64,000 bases of DNA from positions 280,364 to 344,363 of the forward strand of contig JAXLYM010000003.1 in the NCBI GenBank assembly GCA_046351455.1. Reading direction: 5' to 3'. The position numbers were made by a program, and so were the translations under genes. The stretch is from Polyangiaceae bacterium. GTDB taxonomy: Bacteria > Myxococcota_A > Polyangia > Polyangiales > Polyangiaceae. The notes below the pieces were generated by a model. It had not been told where the DNA came from. It made no database searches and saw nothing but the letters and a program-made list of their open reading frames with translations. This document shows, piece by piece, positions 1 to 8,646 of the stretch. Position 1 is the first letter of the stretch. Each line of letters begins with the position of its first letter.

Positions 1-1340
1 GGAGCGCGCGGCAGACGCGGGGCACGTCGCGCCGTCACGCGTCGCTGCGCGGTGGCGCCCGCGGCCGCGGCGAGGCCGAGCGACGACGACATCGGCGGTC
101 GCGGCGGCGGCGCCGATCCCGACGCGCTCGCTTCCCCCGAAGGCGGCGGCGGAGGCGCGCTCGCTGGCTTCGGCGGCTTCGGCAGCGGCGTGGGCGGCGG
201 TGGCGGCGGGCCCGGCTTCACCGCGGGCGGCGCGGGCGACAGCGCTTCGACGGGCGGCGCCGAGGTGAACGCGTCGGCCCGCAGAGCCTTCGGCGCGCGC
301 GGGACTTCCGTGTCCGGCAAACCGAACGTCGTCGGCGGCGGCGTGAGCGCGCTCGTCGCCGAGCGTCCCACCGCCTCCGGCGCAGGCGTCATCGCGAGCG
401 GCGACTCTTCGGGCGGCGTCAGCACGGCCGTCTTGAGGCCCGCGGACACGAGCGTGATCTCTTCCCCCGCAGGCGTCCGCGGCACGGTGAGCGGCGGCGT
501 GAACCCCGGAGCCGGCGGCGCGCTCGATCGCTTCGTCGGCGGCGAGCTCGGCGGGGCCGGCTTCATCCCGGCCGGAGCGACCGGCGGCGCGCTCGGCGGA
601 GCTGGTCTCGCCGCGGTGAACGCGACCGGCGGTGAGCTCGGCGGGGCTGGTTTCGCCGCGGTGAACGCGACGGGCGGCGCGCTCGGCGGCGCTGGCTTCG
701 TCGCGGTGAACGCGACCGGCGGCGCGCTCGGCGGAGCTGGGCGCGCGCGGTTTTGCGGAGCGACCGGCGTCGACGAGGTCGGCGCGAACGCGGGCGGAGG
801 CACCGTCCCCACCTGCACGATCACCTTCGCTTCGTGCGCGGGCGCAGGCGGCGGCGCGTGCACCGGCGCCGGCGCGAGGTGCGCGACCGCGGCCACGTTC
901 GCGGCGGCCTTCGCGTCGGCCTCGGCGATCACCGCGGCCGGCGCGTCGTCGATGAGCGTGTCCTCTTCGATGTCGACCTCGATCGACGTGAGCTTCGATC
1001 GCAGCATCTCGCTCGCGAGCGCGCCGAACGCCTCCGACGGATCCACGAGCGTGTCGGCCTCACGCTTCGGCTCGGCTTGCGGTTTCGGCTCCGACTCGCG
1101 CGGAACCGCGCCCGGCAGCTCGCCGAACTTCTCCTCCAGCGCCGTCACGTACATCCCGATCTCGGACGCGCGGAACGGCTGCCCGGCCATCGCCGCGGCC
1201 TCGGCGGCGCGCCGCAGCCACACGAGCGCATCGTTCCGTTCCCCGCGAGCCCACAGGGCCTGGGCAGCCGAAAGCCAGTCCACGACGTCTTCGTCGTCTT
1301 CGAGGTTCGGCTTCGGGAGGTCGACCGCCCGGTCTGCCAT
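1..1340 (-). CDS. Proline-rich repeat protein, C-terminus runs off the window edge (N-terminal domain MADRAVDLPKPNLEDDEDVVDWLSAAQALWARGERNDALVWLRRAAEAA..., then PPSAPPVAFTA(A/T)KPA repeats)
   Basis: I translated the reverse complement by hand. There is an ATG at about 1340, GC3-rich codons, and an open frame continuing past position 1. It is missing from the ORF track because it has no in-window stop. The plus-strand ORF 52..2148 is its Gly-rich antisense. Confidence 0.55.
   Translation of the reverse strand, partial: MADRAVDLPKPNLEDDEDVVDWLSAAQALWARGERNDALVWLRRAAEAAAMAGQPFRASEIGMYVTALEEKFGELPGAVPRESEPKPQAEPKREADTLVDPSEAFGALASEMLRSKLTSIEVDIEEDTLIDDAPAAVIAEADAKAAANVAAVAHLAPAPVHAPPPAPAHEAKVIVQVGTVPPPAFAPTSSTPVAPQNRARPAPPSAPPVAFTATKPAPPSAPPVAFTAAKPAPPSSPPVAFTAARPAPPSAPPVAPAGMKPAPPSSPPTKRSSAPPAPGFTPPLTVPRTPAGEEITLVSAGLKTAVLTPPEESPLAMTPAPEAVGRSATSALTPPPTTFGLPDTEVPRAPKALRADAFTSAPPVEALSPAPPAVKPGPPPPPPTPLPKPPKPASAPPPPPSGEASASGSAPPPRPPMSSSLGLAAAAGATAQRRVTARRAPRLPRA
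541..750 (-). repeat. Tandem repeat of about 45 nt, 4-5 copies, inside the proline-rich CDS (15-aa unit PPSAPPVAFTAAKPA)
   Basis: Near-identical units ggcggcgcgctcggcggagctggtctcgccgcggtgaacgcgacc repeat at about 583, 628, 673 and 718. Confidence 0.7.
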
Positions 1341-1461
1341 CCTGCCCTTGGTACCACAAGCTCCGAAGCCGCTCGATAATCTGGAGACGATCGCGACGCG
1401 AAGTCTTCACGCGCCGCCCGCTCCAGACGATCTTTCTCGCCCGGATGGACTGCGTCGGCCT

Positions 1462-1701
1462 TCAGCGCTCGCCGTTCGTCGACGATCCGTTCGCGCGGAG
1501 CGCATACGCTGCGCGGATCTCTTCGACCCCGAGCGCGTGCGCGCACTCTCCAGGCATGCGGCGGGCGAGCCAGCCAATCAGGGTGAGCGCTGCCGTCCGA
1601 GCCTCGTCCGGCACGTGCTCGTCCTTCAGGACCCTGGCGATCTCACCGATAAGCCGCGTGCGGTGCTCTTCCGCAAGCATCACGCGTCGTCTTTGAAGCA
1701 T
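1462..1701 (-). CDS. Hypothetical small protein (79 aa)
   Basis: ORF in the track. It has GC3-rich codon usage and a non-repetitive sequence (MLQRRRVMLAEEHRTRLIGEIARVLKDEHVPDEARTAALTLIGWLARRMPGE...). It runs in the same direction as the upstream operon. Confidence 0.4.
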   Translation of the reverse strand: MLQRRRVMLAEEHRTRLIGEIARVLKDEHVPDEARTAALTLIGWLARRMPGECAHALGVEEIRAAYALRANGSSTNGER

Positions 1702-1810
1702 TGCGTTTCCGATGTCAAAGCCCTTGTGACGATTTCACTTGCCAAGCGGGCTGAAGCACGTTCCATGCTCGCCGCGGCCCGAGGGGGACAAGGCATGTCC
1801 TGCCCCTCGA

Positions 1811-3766
1811 TCAAGGCGTGTACCAGACCGGGGAGGTCCACGCGCGCTCTTGGATCGTCGCAGGAACGGGGAGCGCGTCGCAGTGGAGCGCGGCCCGCTT
1901 CTCGGGGCTCAGCGTCGCGCAGAGGTGCGCGCTCCAGCGGCACGTGGGGTTCTCGACGACGCGCGCGTAGTAGAGCGCGGGGCGCGCAGGATCGAAGTCC
2001 GGATCGCGCCACACCGCGCACAACGACTCGGCGCCGGGGCCCTTCGGAGCGCACGTGCTCGTGTCGACGGTCGCGCCGTTCTCTGCGTCGCCCGCGACGT
2101 CGATCACGCTCTCGCGCGGCTCGCCGTCGGGGCCGATCCAGAGCTTGATCACCTGCGCTCGTTGCAGCAGCGCGCCGGGCTTCTCCGCGGTGCCGGGATC
2201 GCGCAGCGCGGTCACGACGATCGACGGCGCGATCGACGCGGACGGCGCGGGCGGGAGATCGCCGCCCATCGGCGCGCCGCGCGCGTAGCCCTGCGCCACC
2301 AGATCTGGCGCGCCGCACAGATCGCCTTCGAAATCCCACCCCGCGAAGAGGCGCACCGAGATGCGCGGGCCGCTCGTGCCGAACGTCTCGCGGCGGCGGA
2401 GCGCGTCGAAGATCGCGTCGCGCGAATTCTCCTCGGCCCACACGCCCGCGAGGCCTCCGGGGTTCGCGAGGATCGGCGTCGCGGCCACCGCGTTGCCCGT
2501 CAGCAGGAGCTCCGGCGTGTCGTCCGAGAGGCCGAGGTGACCGCGAAAGCTCGCCTCGTCGACGCGGCCGGGCGTGCCGTTGTGCGTGTCGGTGCTCGCG
2601 ATGATGCCGAGCTTGAAGGGGTTGGCTCCGATGCGCTCCTCCTCCATCAGGCCCGTCTCCAGCGCGCCGCGCACGTAGTCGCGCCACGACGCGCACCCGA
2701 GGCCTCCGTTCGCGCCCCAGCCGGTGCCGTCGCGTCCGCAGTCGTCGTACGGCGGCCGCACCTGCTTCTCCATGTCGCACAGCTCGTCGGGCGCGCCCGG
2801 CACGGAGGGCAGCCCGTTGATGCACTCGGAGTCGCCCTTGTGCTGGAAGATCTCGACGAGCGGCTCCATCGACGCGCGCGCCTCGGCGGCGGCTCGCTGC
2901 TCCTCCGCGGTGCGCTTGTCGTGCGTCTCCACGTGGAACATCTGCCCGTTGGACAGGTTCGAGTTGTGCGGGATCGCGAGCACGTCACAGCCCTCGCCTG
3001 CGTCCGAGCACTGCGCGCGCAGCATCGTCCACAGCTTCTCGGGCGAGGGCGCCTCGTACGTCGTGATCGGCGCGGCGACGGTCTTCGCGTTGCGGAAGAT
3101 CACGTTGCGGTGCAGGTTCGTGCCGAAGGGCGAGAGCGAGTACTCGTACGCGACGAACGACGTGAAGCCGCACGTCGCGCTGCGATCGTAGGCGGCCTCC
3201 GCGGCGTCCTGGATGTTCCTCCACACGGGCCCCACCGCGTCCGTGCACATCGTCGTGCCCTGGCAGAACTCCGCGCGCACGGGCGGATCCGTGCCGATCC
3301 CGAGGCCGAGGAACGAGCTCTCCGGCGGGCGGTACGACTTGCACACGTCGGTGTCGTACGCGGGGGAGCCGGGCGTCGTGCACAGGCTCACCTCGCCGAG
3401 GTACTCCGCGTGATCGGTGACGGCCGCGAAATCGAGCGGGCGATCGATGCGCACCTCGGTGGTGCCGACGCCGTTCTCGTCGAGGGGCGGCAATTTAATC
3501 GTCTCGCCGCGCGCGAAGCGGTACGCCTCGGCCGGCGTGGTGCGCACGTCGTAGGTCCACGCGTCGAACGAGAAGGCCGTGTGCACGTGCAGATCGCCGA
3601 AGTACGCTCTTCGAAGCGGATCGTGATCGGCGCACGCGACGCGCTCCTCCGTGTACGGCGCGTCGAGGGGCGAAAGCTCGCAGGAGGTCATCGCGCACGC
3701 GGCGAGCGTGAGGAACGGGATCGCGGTGAAATGGCGGGCGCGCAGCGTCATCGAGGTCAGGACCAC
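1811..3766 (-). CDS. DUF3604-family protein (putative PHP-like metal-dependent hydrolase), lipoprotein/signal peptide
   Basis: N-terminal LTLAACAMTSC lipobox-like signal. The YFGDLHVHTAFSFDAW motif is characteristic of DUF3604. The 651-aa ORF is non-repetitive. Confidence 0.85.
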   Translation of the reverse strand: MVLTSMTLRARHFTAIPFLTLAACAMTSCELSPLDAPYTEERVACADHDPLRRAYFGDLHVHTAFSFDAWTYDVRTTPAEAYRFARGETIKLPPLDENGVGTTEVRIDRPLDFAAVTDHAEYLGEVSLCTTPGSPAYDTDVCKSYRPPESSFLGLGIGTDPPVRAEFCQGTTMCTDAVGPVWRNIQDAAEAAYDRSATCGFTSFVAYEYSLSPFGTNLHRNVIFRNAKTVAAPITTYEAPSPEKLWTMLRAQCSDAGEGCDVLAIPHNSNLSNGQMFHVETHDKRTAEEQRAAAEARASMEPLVEIFQHKGDSECINGLPSVPGAPDELCDMEKQVRPPYDDCGRDGTGWGANGGLGCASWRDYVRGALETGLMEEERIGANPFKLGIIASTDTHNGTPGRVDEASFRGHLGLSDDTPELLLTGNAVAATPILANPGGLAGVWAEENSRDAIFDALRRRETFGTSGPRISVRLFAGWDFEGDLCGAPDLVAQGYARGAPMGGDLPPAPSASIAPSIVVTALRDPGTAEKPGALLQRAQVIKLWIGPDGEPRESVIDVAGDAENGATVDTSTCAPKGPGAESLCAVWRDPDFDPARPALYYARVVENPTCRWSAHLCATLSPEKRAALHCDALPVPATIQERAWTSPVWYTP

Positions 3767-4797
3767 ATCGCCGCGGTCCGCGTGAAGAGCCAGAAGGCCG
3801 CGGCGGCGCCGAGGCTATAAGCCGGCACGCGCCTCGTCCACCCGGGCCACCTTCGCGCCCACGGACGGACGCCCCGAGCGATCGCGAGCGCCGCGATCAC
3901 GAGCGCGATCTGCGCCATCTCCAGCCCGACGTTGAACCCGAACAGCGCCGCCGGGATCTCCGCGCGCGGCACATCCATCGACGCGAGCCCGCCCGCGAAC
4001 CCGAGCCCGTGCAAGAGCCCGAACGCGAACGTCACGACGTACGGCGACCTCTGCGCGAGGGTGCGATCGTCCGGCGGACGCAGGATCTCGCGCGCGACGA
4101 ACAGCACGCTGAGCGCGATCGCCGCCTCCACCGGCGCCGGCGGCAGATGCACCGCGCCCAGCACCTGCAGCGCGAGCGAGAGGGAGTGCGCGACGGTGAA
4201 CGCCGTCACGGAGAGGAGGATCGACCGGAGCGGCGAGCGCGCCGCTGCTTCACCGGACGACCTCGGCGCGCCCGCGAGCAGCAGAATGCCGATCAGGAAC
4301 AGCACATGATCCAGCCCCGTGACGAGGTGCGCGGCGCCCGCGAGCGCGAACGAGCCGATCGCGGACAGCGTGGGGCGCGCGGGACTGCCAGTCTGCGAAG
4401 GGCCGTTCGACGCCTGCCCACGACTCCCCTCCTCCGGTAGACTCGGCACCTCGAACGAGGGCTGCGCCGCCGAGAGCAGCGCCGTCCGCGTGCCGCCCGG
4501 GAAATGCAGCCGCACCAGCACCTCGTCGCGGAGAGGGGCCATGTCGCGGGCCGCGATCTTCGCGCCGGAGAGGCCCTGAGGCCCGCAGTCGAGTAGGCCA
4601 GTCTCGACATCAGTCTTGCAGCGCTCCGGGAACACCGGCCGGACGCGCTCGCTCCCCGGCGCCGCCGACCAACCGACGCGAAATCGCCCCGCCCCGACCG
4701 GCGTCACGTCGAGGAGCGAAGGCCGAACCTCGTGCGCCGCCGCCCCCCCGACGAGGAGCGATATCGCGAGCAGCACCGAAACAAGGGTCCACCTCAC
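3757..4797 (-). CDS. HupE/UreJ_2-like membrane protein (putative Ni/Co transporter family) with an N-terminal extracytoplasmic domain
   Basis: This is the in-frame C-terminal part of ORF 3757..5094. A GTG start (VRWTLVSVLLAISLLVGGAAAHEV signal) overlaps the upstream stop as GTGA. It has an HLVTGLDH motif and multiple TM helices (TVAHSLSLALQVLG, LLHGLGFAGGL). The upstream 98 codons of the tracked ORF are an out-of-frame readthrough artefact. Confidence 0.65.
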   Translation of the reverse strand: MRWTLVSVLLAISLLVGGAAAHEVRPSLLDVTPVGAGRFRVGWSAAPGSERVRPVFPERCKTDVETGLLDCGPQGLSGAKIAARDMAPLRDEVLVRLHFPGGTRTALLSAAQPSFEVPSLPEEGSRGQASNGPSQTGSPARPTLSAIGSFALAGAAHLVTGLDHVLFLIGILLLAGAPRSSGEAAARSPLRSILLSVTAFTVAHSLSLALQVLGAVHLPPAPVEAAIALSVLFVAREILRPPDDRTLAQRSPYVVTFAFGLLHGLGFAGGLASMDVPRAEIPAALFGFNVGLEMAQIALVIAALAIARGVRPWARRWPGWTRRVPAYSLGAAAAFWLFTRTAAMWS

Positions 4798-7724
4798 GGG
4801 GCTTGCTTGTGAGGAGCGCTCGGTTTGTCGCCCTCGCACTTCATCGCGACGAGCGGGATCTTGGCGTCGTGGCCGGAGCGCGTGATCTCGCCCTTCTGCC
4901 CCTTCGCCCAGTACCGGATCATGTCGAACGTCTCCTCGGCGGACGTCGCGCCCTTCTTGACCTGGAGCTTGACGAAGCTCGACGGCTGGTAAAGCACGCT
5001 CTGCAGGCAGAGGTCGTGTCCGTCGCTGACCACCTCGTACCGCATGCTCTTGCCCGAGACCAGGACATCGGCGTCGAGTCGGAATCGAAGCCACATGTCG
5101 GGCCCGTACAGGTTGCTTCGGAACGGGACGCCCGCGGGCTTCGCGTCACAAGGCATCACCACCCCTTTGTTTCCGAACAGCGACGGTACCCGACTCCAGC
5201 CCTCCCACGAGCCGTGGACCCACTCCTCGTCGGAGGTGCCTTTGGGCTTGCCTTCGGGGATCGGGAACACCCTGTAATACGTGTTGCCCTCGACGTCGGC
5301 GATCACCGGGACTCCCTCCTTCCCGGGCGTACCGAGGAGCGTGCCGAACCGCGAGAGGACGGCCCCGATCGCGCGCGGCGCCTCACCGCTCTTCCAGGTG
5401 ACGAGGACGTCGCCCGTGAGGTACGCGAGGGTGTTTCCGTCCGCAGAATACGCGACCGACGACGAGGACCAGGGGGCGAGACCCGATTTGATCTCCACCC
5501 ATTCGAGGCCGCCGCCCTTGGTGCGAAACAGGATGTTTCGGTCCTCGCGGTCGAAGGCGATCGTGAAGAAGAGCCGCCCCTCCTCGGACCACACGCCGCG
5601 GATGCGCGCGCCCTCGAATCCGAAAGGCACCTTCGCGGTCACGCTGCGGACCTTCGCGTCGGGCTCGCGCGGGTCGAGCCAGCGGGCGATCCACGTCTGT
5701 GCTCCCTTCGCGGGCGCCTTCGAGGGGCCCTCCACCGCGAGCAGCAGACTGACATCCATCGGCGACGCGGCGAACTGGATCCACGTGCGCGACGATCCGA
5801 CCGGCGGCGGCTTGAGCCCGTACAGCGCGATGAGATCTCCCCCGTATTTCGGCAGCTCGTGGCCGGACTTCACGCCTCCGGACGTCTTGCACGCGAGCGT
5901 CGACTCCGACTTCGGGGGAGGCGGCGTCGCCGGGAGCCTGAAATCCGCCTTGATCTTGGCGCGCGGAGGAGGCGAAGCCGGCAGAGGCTCCCACCCCACG
6001 CGCGTGAATTTCGGGGATACGATGCCGAGCCGCGTCACCGACGTGACCTCGGGGGACGCCTGCGGGGGCATGTCGAGATCCGCATACGTGGCCCCCAGAT
6101 CGTGCGAGACGCGGAATCGTGATCCCTTGTCCGACTCCTCGTGCACGACGAGCTCGCCGTCGCGGAAATGCGCGCCCGCGACGCCCTCGATCGCGGTCTT
6201 TCGGAAGCCCTTCTTCCCGGGCTCGAAGGCGTAGAGGTAGAAATAGACCGCCTTCTTGTCCTTCACCTGCTCGGTGACGACGAACCGAACGGCCTTGTCC
6301 TCCCCCTCCTCGGGCGCGGACGGATTCACCATCATCCGGTCGTCGAACACGGACTCGGCGAGCACCGTCTTCTTCTTGTCGTCGACCGCGAGCAGCTCCA
6401 GCACGGGCCCCGTCACGGTGCCGCGGATCCCCACGGTGAGGACGCGTCCGTCTACGAGGGGCGCCGCGGTGCCGCGGTACGGCACGTCGTCCCCGGGCAC
6501 GGACAGCCACGTCCCGTCCGGCTTGCGAACGCACAGATTGCCAGTCTCGCTGCCGCACCCCTGCCCCACGAGGAGGCCGCCCGCGGGCGATCCGACGAGA
6601 TCCGCGTACCCGTTGCCTCCGAACTCCGCGCCGGCGATGTCCTCGATCCGCAGCGCCGGCGCCGTCACGACGTGGAAGAGGCGCTCTCCCAGCTCGCGGC
6701 CCTTCGGCTTCTTTCCGCAGAGGAGATAGGCCTCTTTCCCGGCCATCGTCCCGGAGCAGTCCATCTTCGAGGACTCGAATCCCGCGTGGTCCCGGAAGAG
6801 GCCCGTCGCGAGATCCACCTGGAAGGCGATCCCGTCGTGCGCGACGATGCCCATGCCGTTTCCTGCGTCGATCCCGTTCCGGACCGCCGCCGGGATCGGG
6901 TTGCCGCGGGCGGTGATCCATTTCTCCACGTCGGTCGCGCCCGGCGCAGAGACCGTGCCTGTATACGCGAAGTCACCGAGCCTGTTCGTGCCGAGATCGA
7001 TCTTCGCCGCCCGTCCCACGGAGTAGCTGTCGCGCACGTAGAGATCGCCGCCCACGACGTCGAGGCTGAGCGGCAGCGTGCCCGCGGGCTTGAAGACGAG
7101 CGGCTTCCACGTGCGGCCCCCGTCGCTGGTGGTGGCGATCCCGCCCACGGCCGCGGCGACAGCGCCTCTGTGCGCGTCCGCGAAGACCGCGTCCCGGATC
7201 GGGAGCGACGGAAAGAACCCTTGTCGCTCGACGCCGTGCTCGACGTCGAAGGCCGCGGCCGACCAGAGACCGAGCACGAACATCGACCCTGGTCCCGGCC
7301 GCACGCGCGTCAGCGTCGCCTCGCTCTCGACCACGTATTTCGGCTCCGCGAGCAGATCGGTGAAGGCGAACGCCCGGTTCGTGTTCCACCCGATCGCCGG
7401 CACGTCCGGCTGGAGCGATGAAATGACGCCGGAGAGCCTCTCTCCGAGCACGTCCGGCGCGCGCGACACCACCCCGGCGGAGTCGATGAGCCACCGCTCG
7501 TCGCCGACCGTATACAGGTTCTTTCCGGCGGCGCTCCCCACGTGCTCCACGCGACCGGCCGACGCCGGCACCACCCGCGGAGGCAGCTTGAGCGTCGCGC
7601 GCAGCTTCGGCTTCTCGGGGGGCTTCGGCGCCTCGGGCGGAGGCGGGGAGCCGCACCCGGCCGCGGCGAGGAGCGCCGTGCAGAAGAGGGCCGGGAGCGT
7701 GGCAGTCGTGATACGGTGTCTCAT
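4794..7724 (-). CDS. Large lipoprotein with BNR/Asp-box repeats (sialidase or Ycf48-like beta-propeller type), about 976 aa
   Basis: The real start is the internal Met MRHRITTATLPALFCTALLAAAGCGS (lipobox), which overlaps the upstream stop as ATGA at 7721-7724. The Asp-box TTSDGGRTW is present, plus a weaker YSADGNTLAY. The first 335 codons of tracked ORF 4794..8729 are R-rich antisense of the next gene. Confidence 0.75.
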   Translation of the reverse strand: MRHRITTATLPALFCTALLAAAGCGSPPPPEAPKPPEKPKLRATLKLPPRVVPASAGRVEHVGSAAGKNLYTVGDERWLIDSAGVVSRAPDVLGERLSGVISSLQPDVPAIGWNTNRAFAFTDLLAEPKYVVESEATLTRVRPGPGSMFVLGLWSAAAFDVEHGVERQGFFPSLPIRDAVFADAHRGAVAAAVGGIATTSDGGRTWKPLVFKPAGTLPLSLDVVGGDLYVRDSYSVGRAAKIDLGTNRLGDFAYTGTVSAPGATDVEKWITARGNPIPAAVRNGIDAGNGMGIVAHDGIAFQVDLATGLFRDHAGFESSKMDCSGTMAGKEAYLLCGKKPKGRELGERLFHVVTAPALRIEDIAGAEFGGNGYADLVGSPAGGLLVGQGCGSETGNLCVRKPDGTWLSVPGDDVPYRGTAAPLVDGRVLTVGIRGTVTGPVLELLAVDDKKKTVLAESVFDDRMMVNPSAPEEGEDKAVRFVVTEQVKDKKAVYFYLYAFEPGKKGFRKTAIEGVAGAHFRDGELVVHEESDKGSRFRVSHDLGATYADLDMPPQASPEVTSVTRLGIVSPKFTRVGWEPLPASPPPRAKIKADFRLPATPPPPKSESTLACKTSGGVKSGHELPKYGGDLIALYGLKPPPVGSSRTWIQFAASPMDVSLLLAVEGPSKAPAKGAQTWIARWLDPREPDAKVRSVTAKVPFGFEGARIRGVWSEEGRLFFTIAFDREDRNILFRTKGGGLEWVEIKSGLAPWSSSSVAYSADGNTLAYLTGDVLVTWKSGEAPRAIGAVLSRFGTLLGTPGKEGVPVIADVEGNTYYRVFPIPEGKPKGTSDEEWVHGSWEGWSRVPSLFGNKGVVMPCDAKPAGVPFRSNLYGPDMWLRFRLDADVLVSGKSMRYEVVSDGHDLCLQSVLYQPSSFVKLQVKKGATSAEETFDMIRYWAKGQKGEITRSGHDAKIPLVAMKCEGDKPSAPHKQAP

Positions 7725-8602
7725 GGCTCGATCTCGATGGTGTACTTGCCCCGGAGCCGGGCGATCTCGTCGCGAAGGGCCGAATCGCGGCGCTCCTGGG
7801 TGAGGTCCTCGCGCACGCGGGCGCGCACGGCCGACAGATCCGGCGCCCCGCCGTCCTCCCGCGCCGTCGCCATCACGAGGTGCAGCCCGTAGCTGGAAGA
7901 GACAGGCCCCGACCACTCCCCCGTCTTCGCGGCGAACAGCCCCTCTGCGAACCCCGGCCCGAAGGTGCCAGTCAGGTCCGCCCGCGACCTCTTCGCGAAC
8001 GAGGCGCCGAGCAGGAACGGATCGCCCATCTTCGCCGGATCCGCGCCGCCCCGCAGCGCCGAGAGGGCCTGTTCGGCGTCCTTCGCGAGGGCGTCTCCAT
8101 GCCTGTCCCGACTCAAGAACACGTGGCGAAAACTGACGGTCTCCGGGGCCTTGTAGCGGTCCGCGTGCGCGCGCAGGTACGCCCCGAGCTCCTCGTCCGT
8201 CGGCTCCGGCACGGAGGCGCGCGCGATGAGCTCCATCTTCTGCAAGAGGCGCCTCCGCACGATGAGATCGCCCTTGTCCAGGCCGAGCGCGAGCGCCTCC
8301 CGATAGAGCACCTCGTCGTCGACGGTGCGCTCCACGAGATTGCGAGTCTGCTCGTCCGTGGGGGCCTGTCCGGTGCGCTGTTTCTCCTCGGCGCGGAGGG
8401 CGTCCACGTAGGCCTTCTCGATCGCGATGCGCCCCGCGGGCGGCTTCGCGACGCGCGCGTGCACCGCGAACAGGAGGCCGCCTGCGACGACGAAATGCAG
8501 GAGCGGCTCTCTCGCGGCGGCGCGGAGGATCTTTCCGGAGGACGGCGCGCTCTTCATCGGGGTTCCTGCGACGGCGTCCGCCGCGGCCGGAGGCATACCC
8601 AC
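7721..8602 (-). CDS. Parvulin-like peptidyl-prolyl isomerase (PpiC-type rotamase domain) with N-terminal TM anchor
   Basis: The C-terminal rotamase motif GEWSGPVSSSYGLHLV is present. The N-terminal hydrophobic stretch is LLHFVVAGGLLFAV. The start may be an internal Met (MKSAPSS). Confidence 0.7.
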   Translation of the reverse strand: MGMPPAAADAVAGTPMKSAPSSGKILRAAAREPLLHFVVAGGLLFAVHARVAKPPAGRIAIEKAYVDALRAEEKQRTGQAPTDEQTRNLVERTVDDEVLYREALALGLDKGDLIVRRRLLQKMELIARASVPEPTDEELGAYLRAHADRYKAPETVSFRHVFLSRDRHGDALAKDAEQALSALRGGADPAKMGDPFLLGASFAKRSRADLTGTFGPGFAEGLFAAKTGEWSGPVSSSYGLHLVMATAREDGGAPDLSAVRARVREDLTQERRDSALRDEIARLRGKYTIEIEP

Positions 8603-8646
8603 GGTTCGTCACCGACCGCAATGGCCGTCCCCGGGGAGCGGCCGCG

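Noticed and set aside
541-750. A possible CRISPR array at the tandem repeats (also at 29230-29420 and 47993-48082)
   Set aside because: The units are contiguous in-frame coding repeats, of 45 nt, 60 nt and 15 nt. They have no unique spacers and no nearby cas genes, so they are not CRISPR.
52-2148. 698-aa Gly/Ala-rich plus-strand ORF, with overlapping ORFs at 753..1379 and others
   Set aside because: It is the antisense of a minus-strand proline-rich repeat gene and is low-complexity. The frames at 753..1379, 1060..1410 and 1145..1546 are R-rich, with no motifs.
1680-3820. Long ORFs 1680..2825 (-) and 1739..3820 (+) overlapping the DUF3604 gene
   Set aside because: They are Arg/Ala-rich with no domain motifs. 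They are alternative frames of the real minus-strand DUF3604 CDS in a 70% GC genome.
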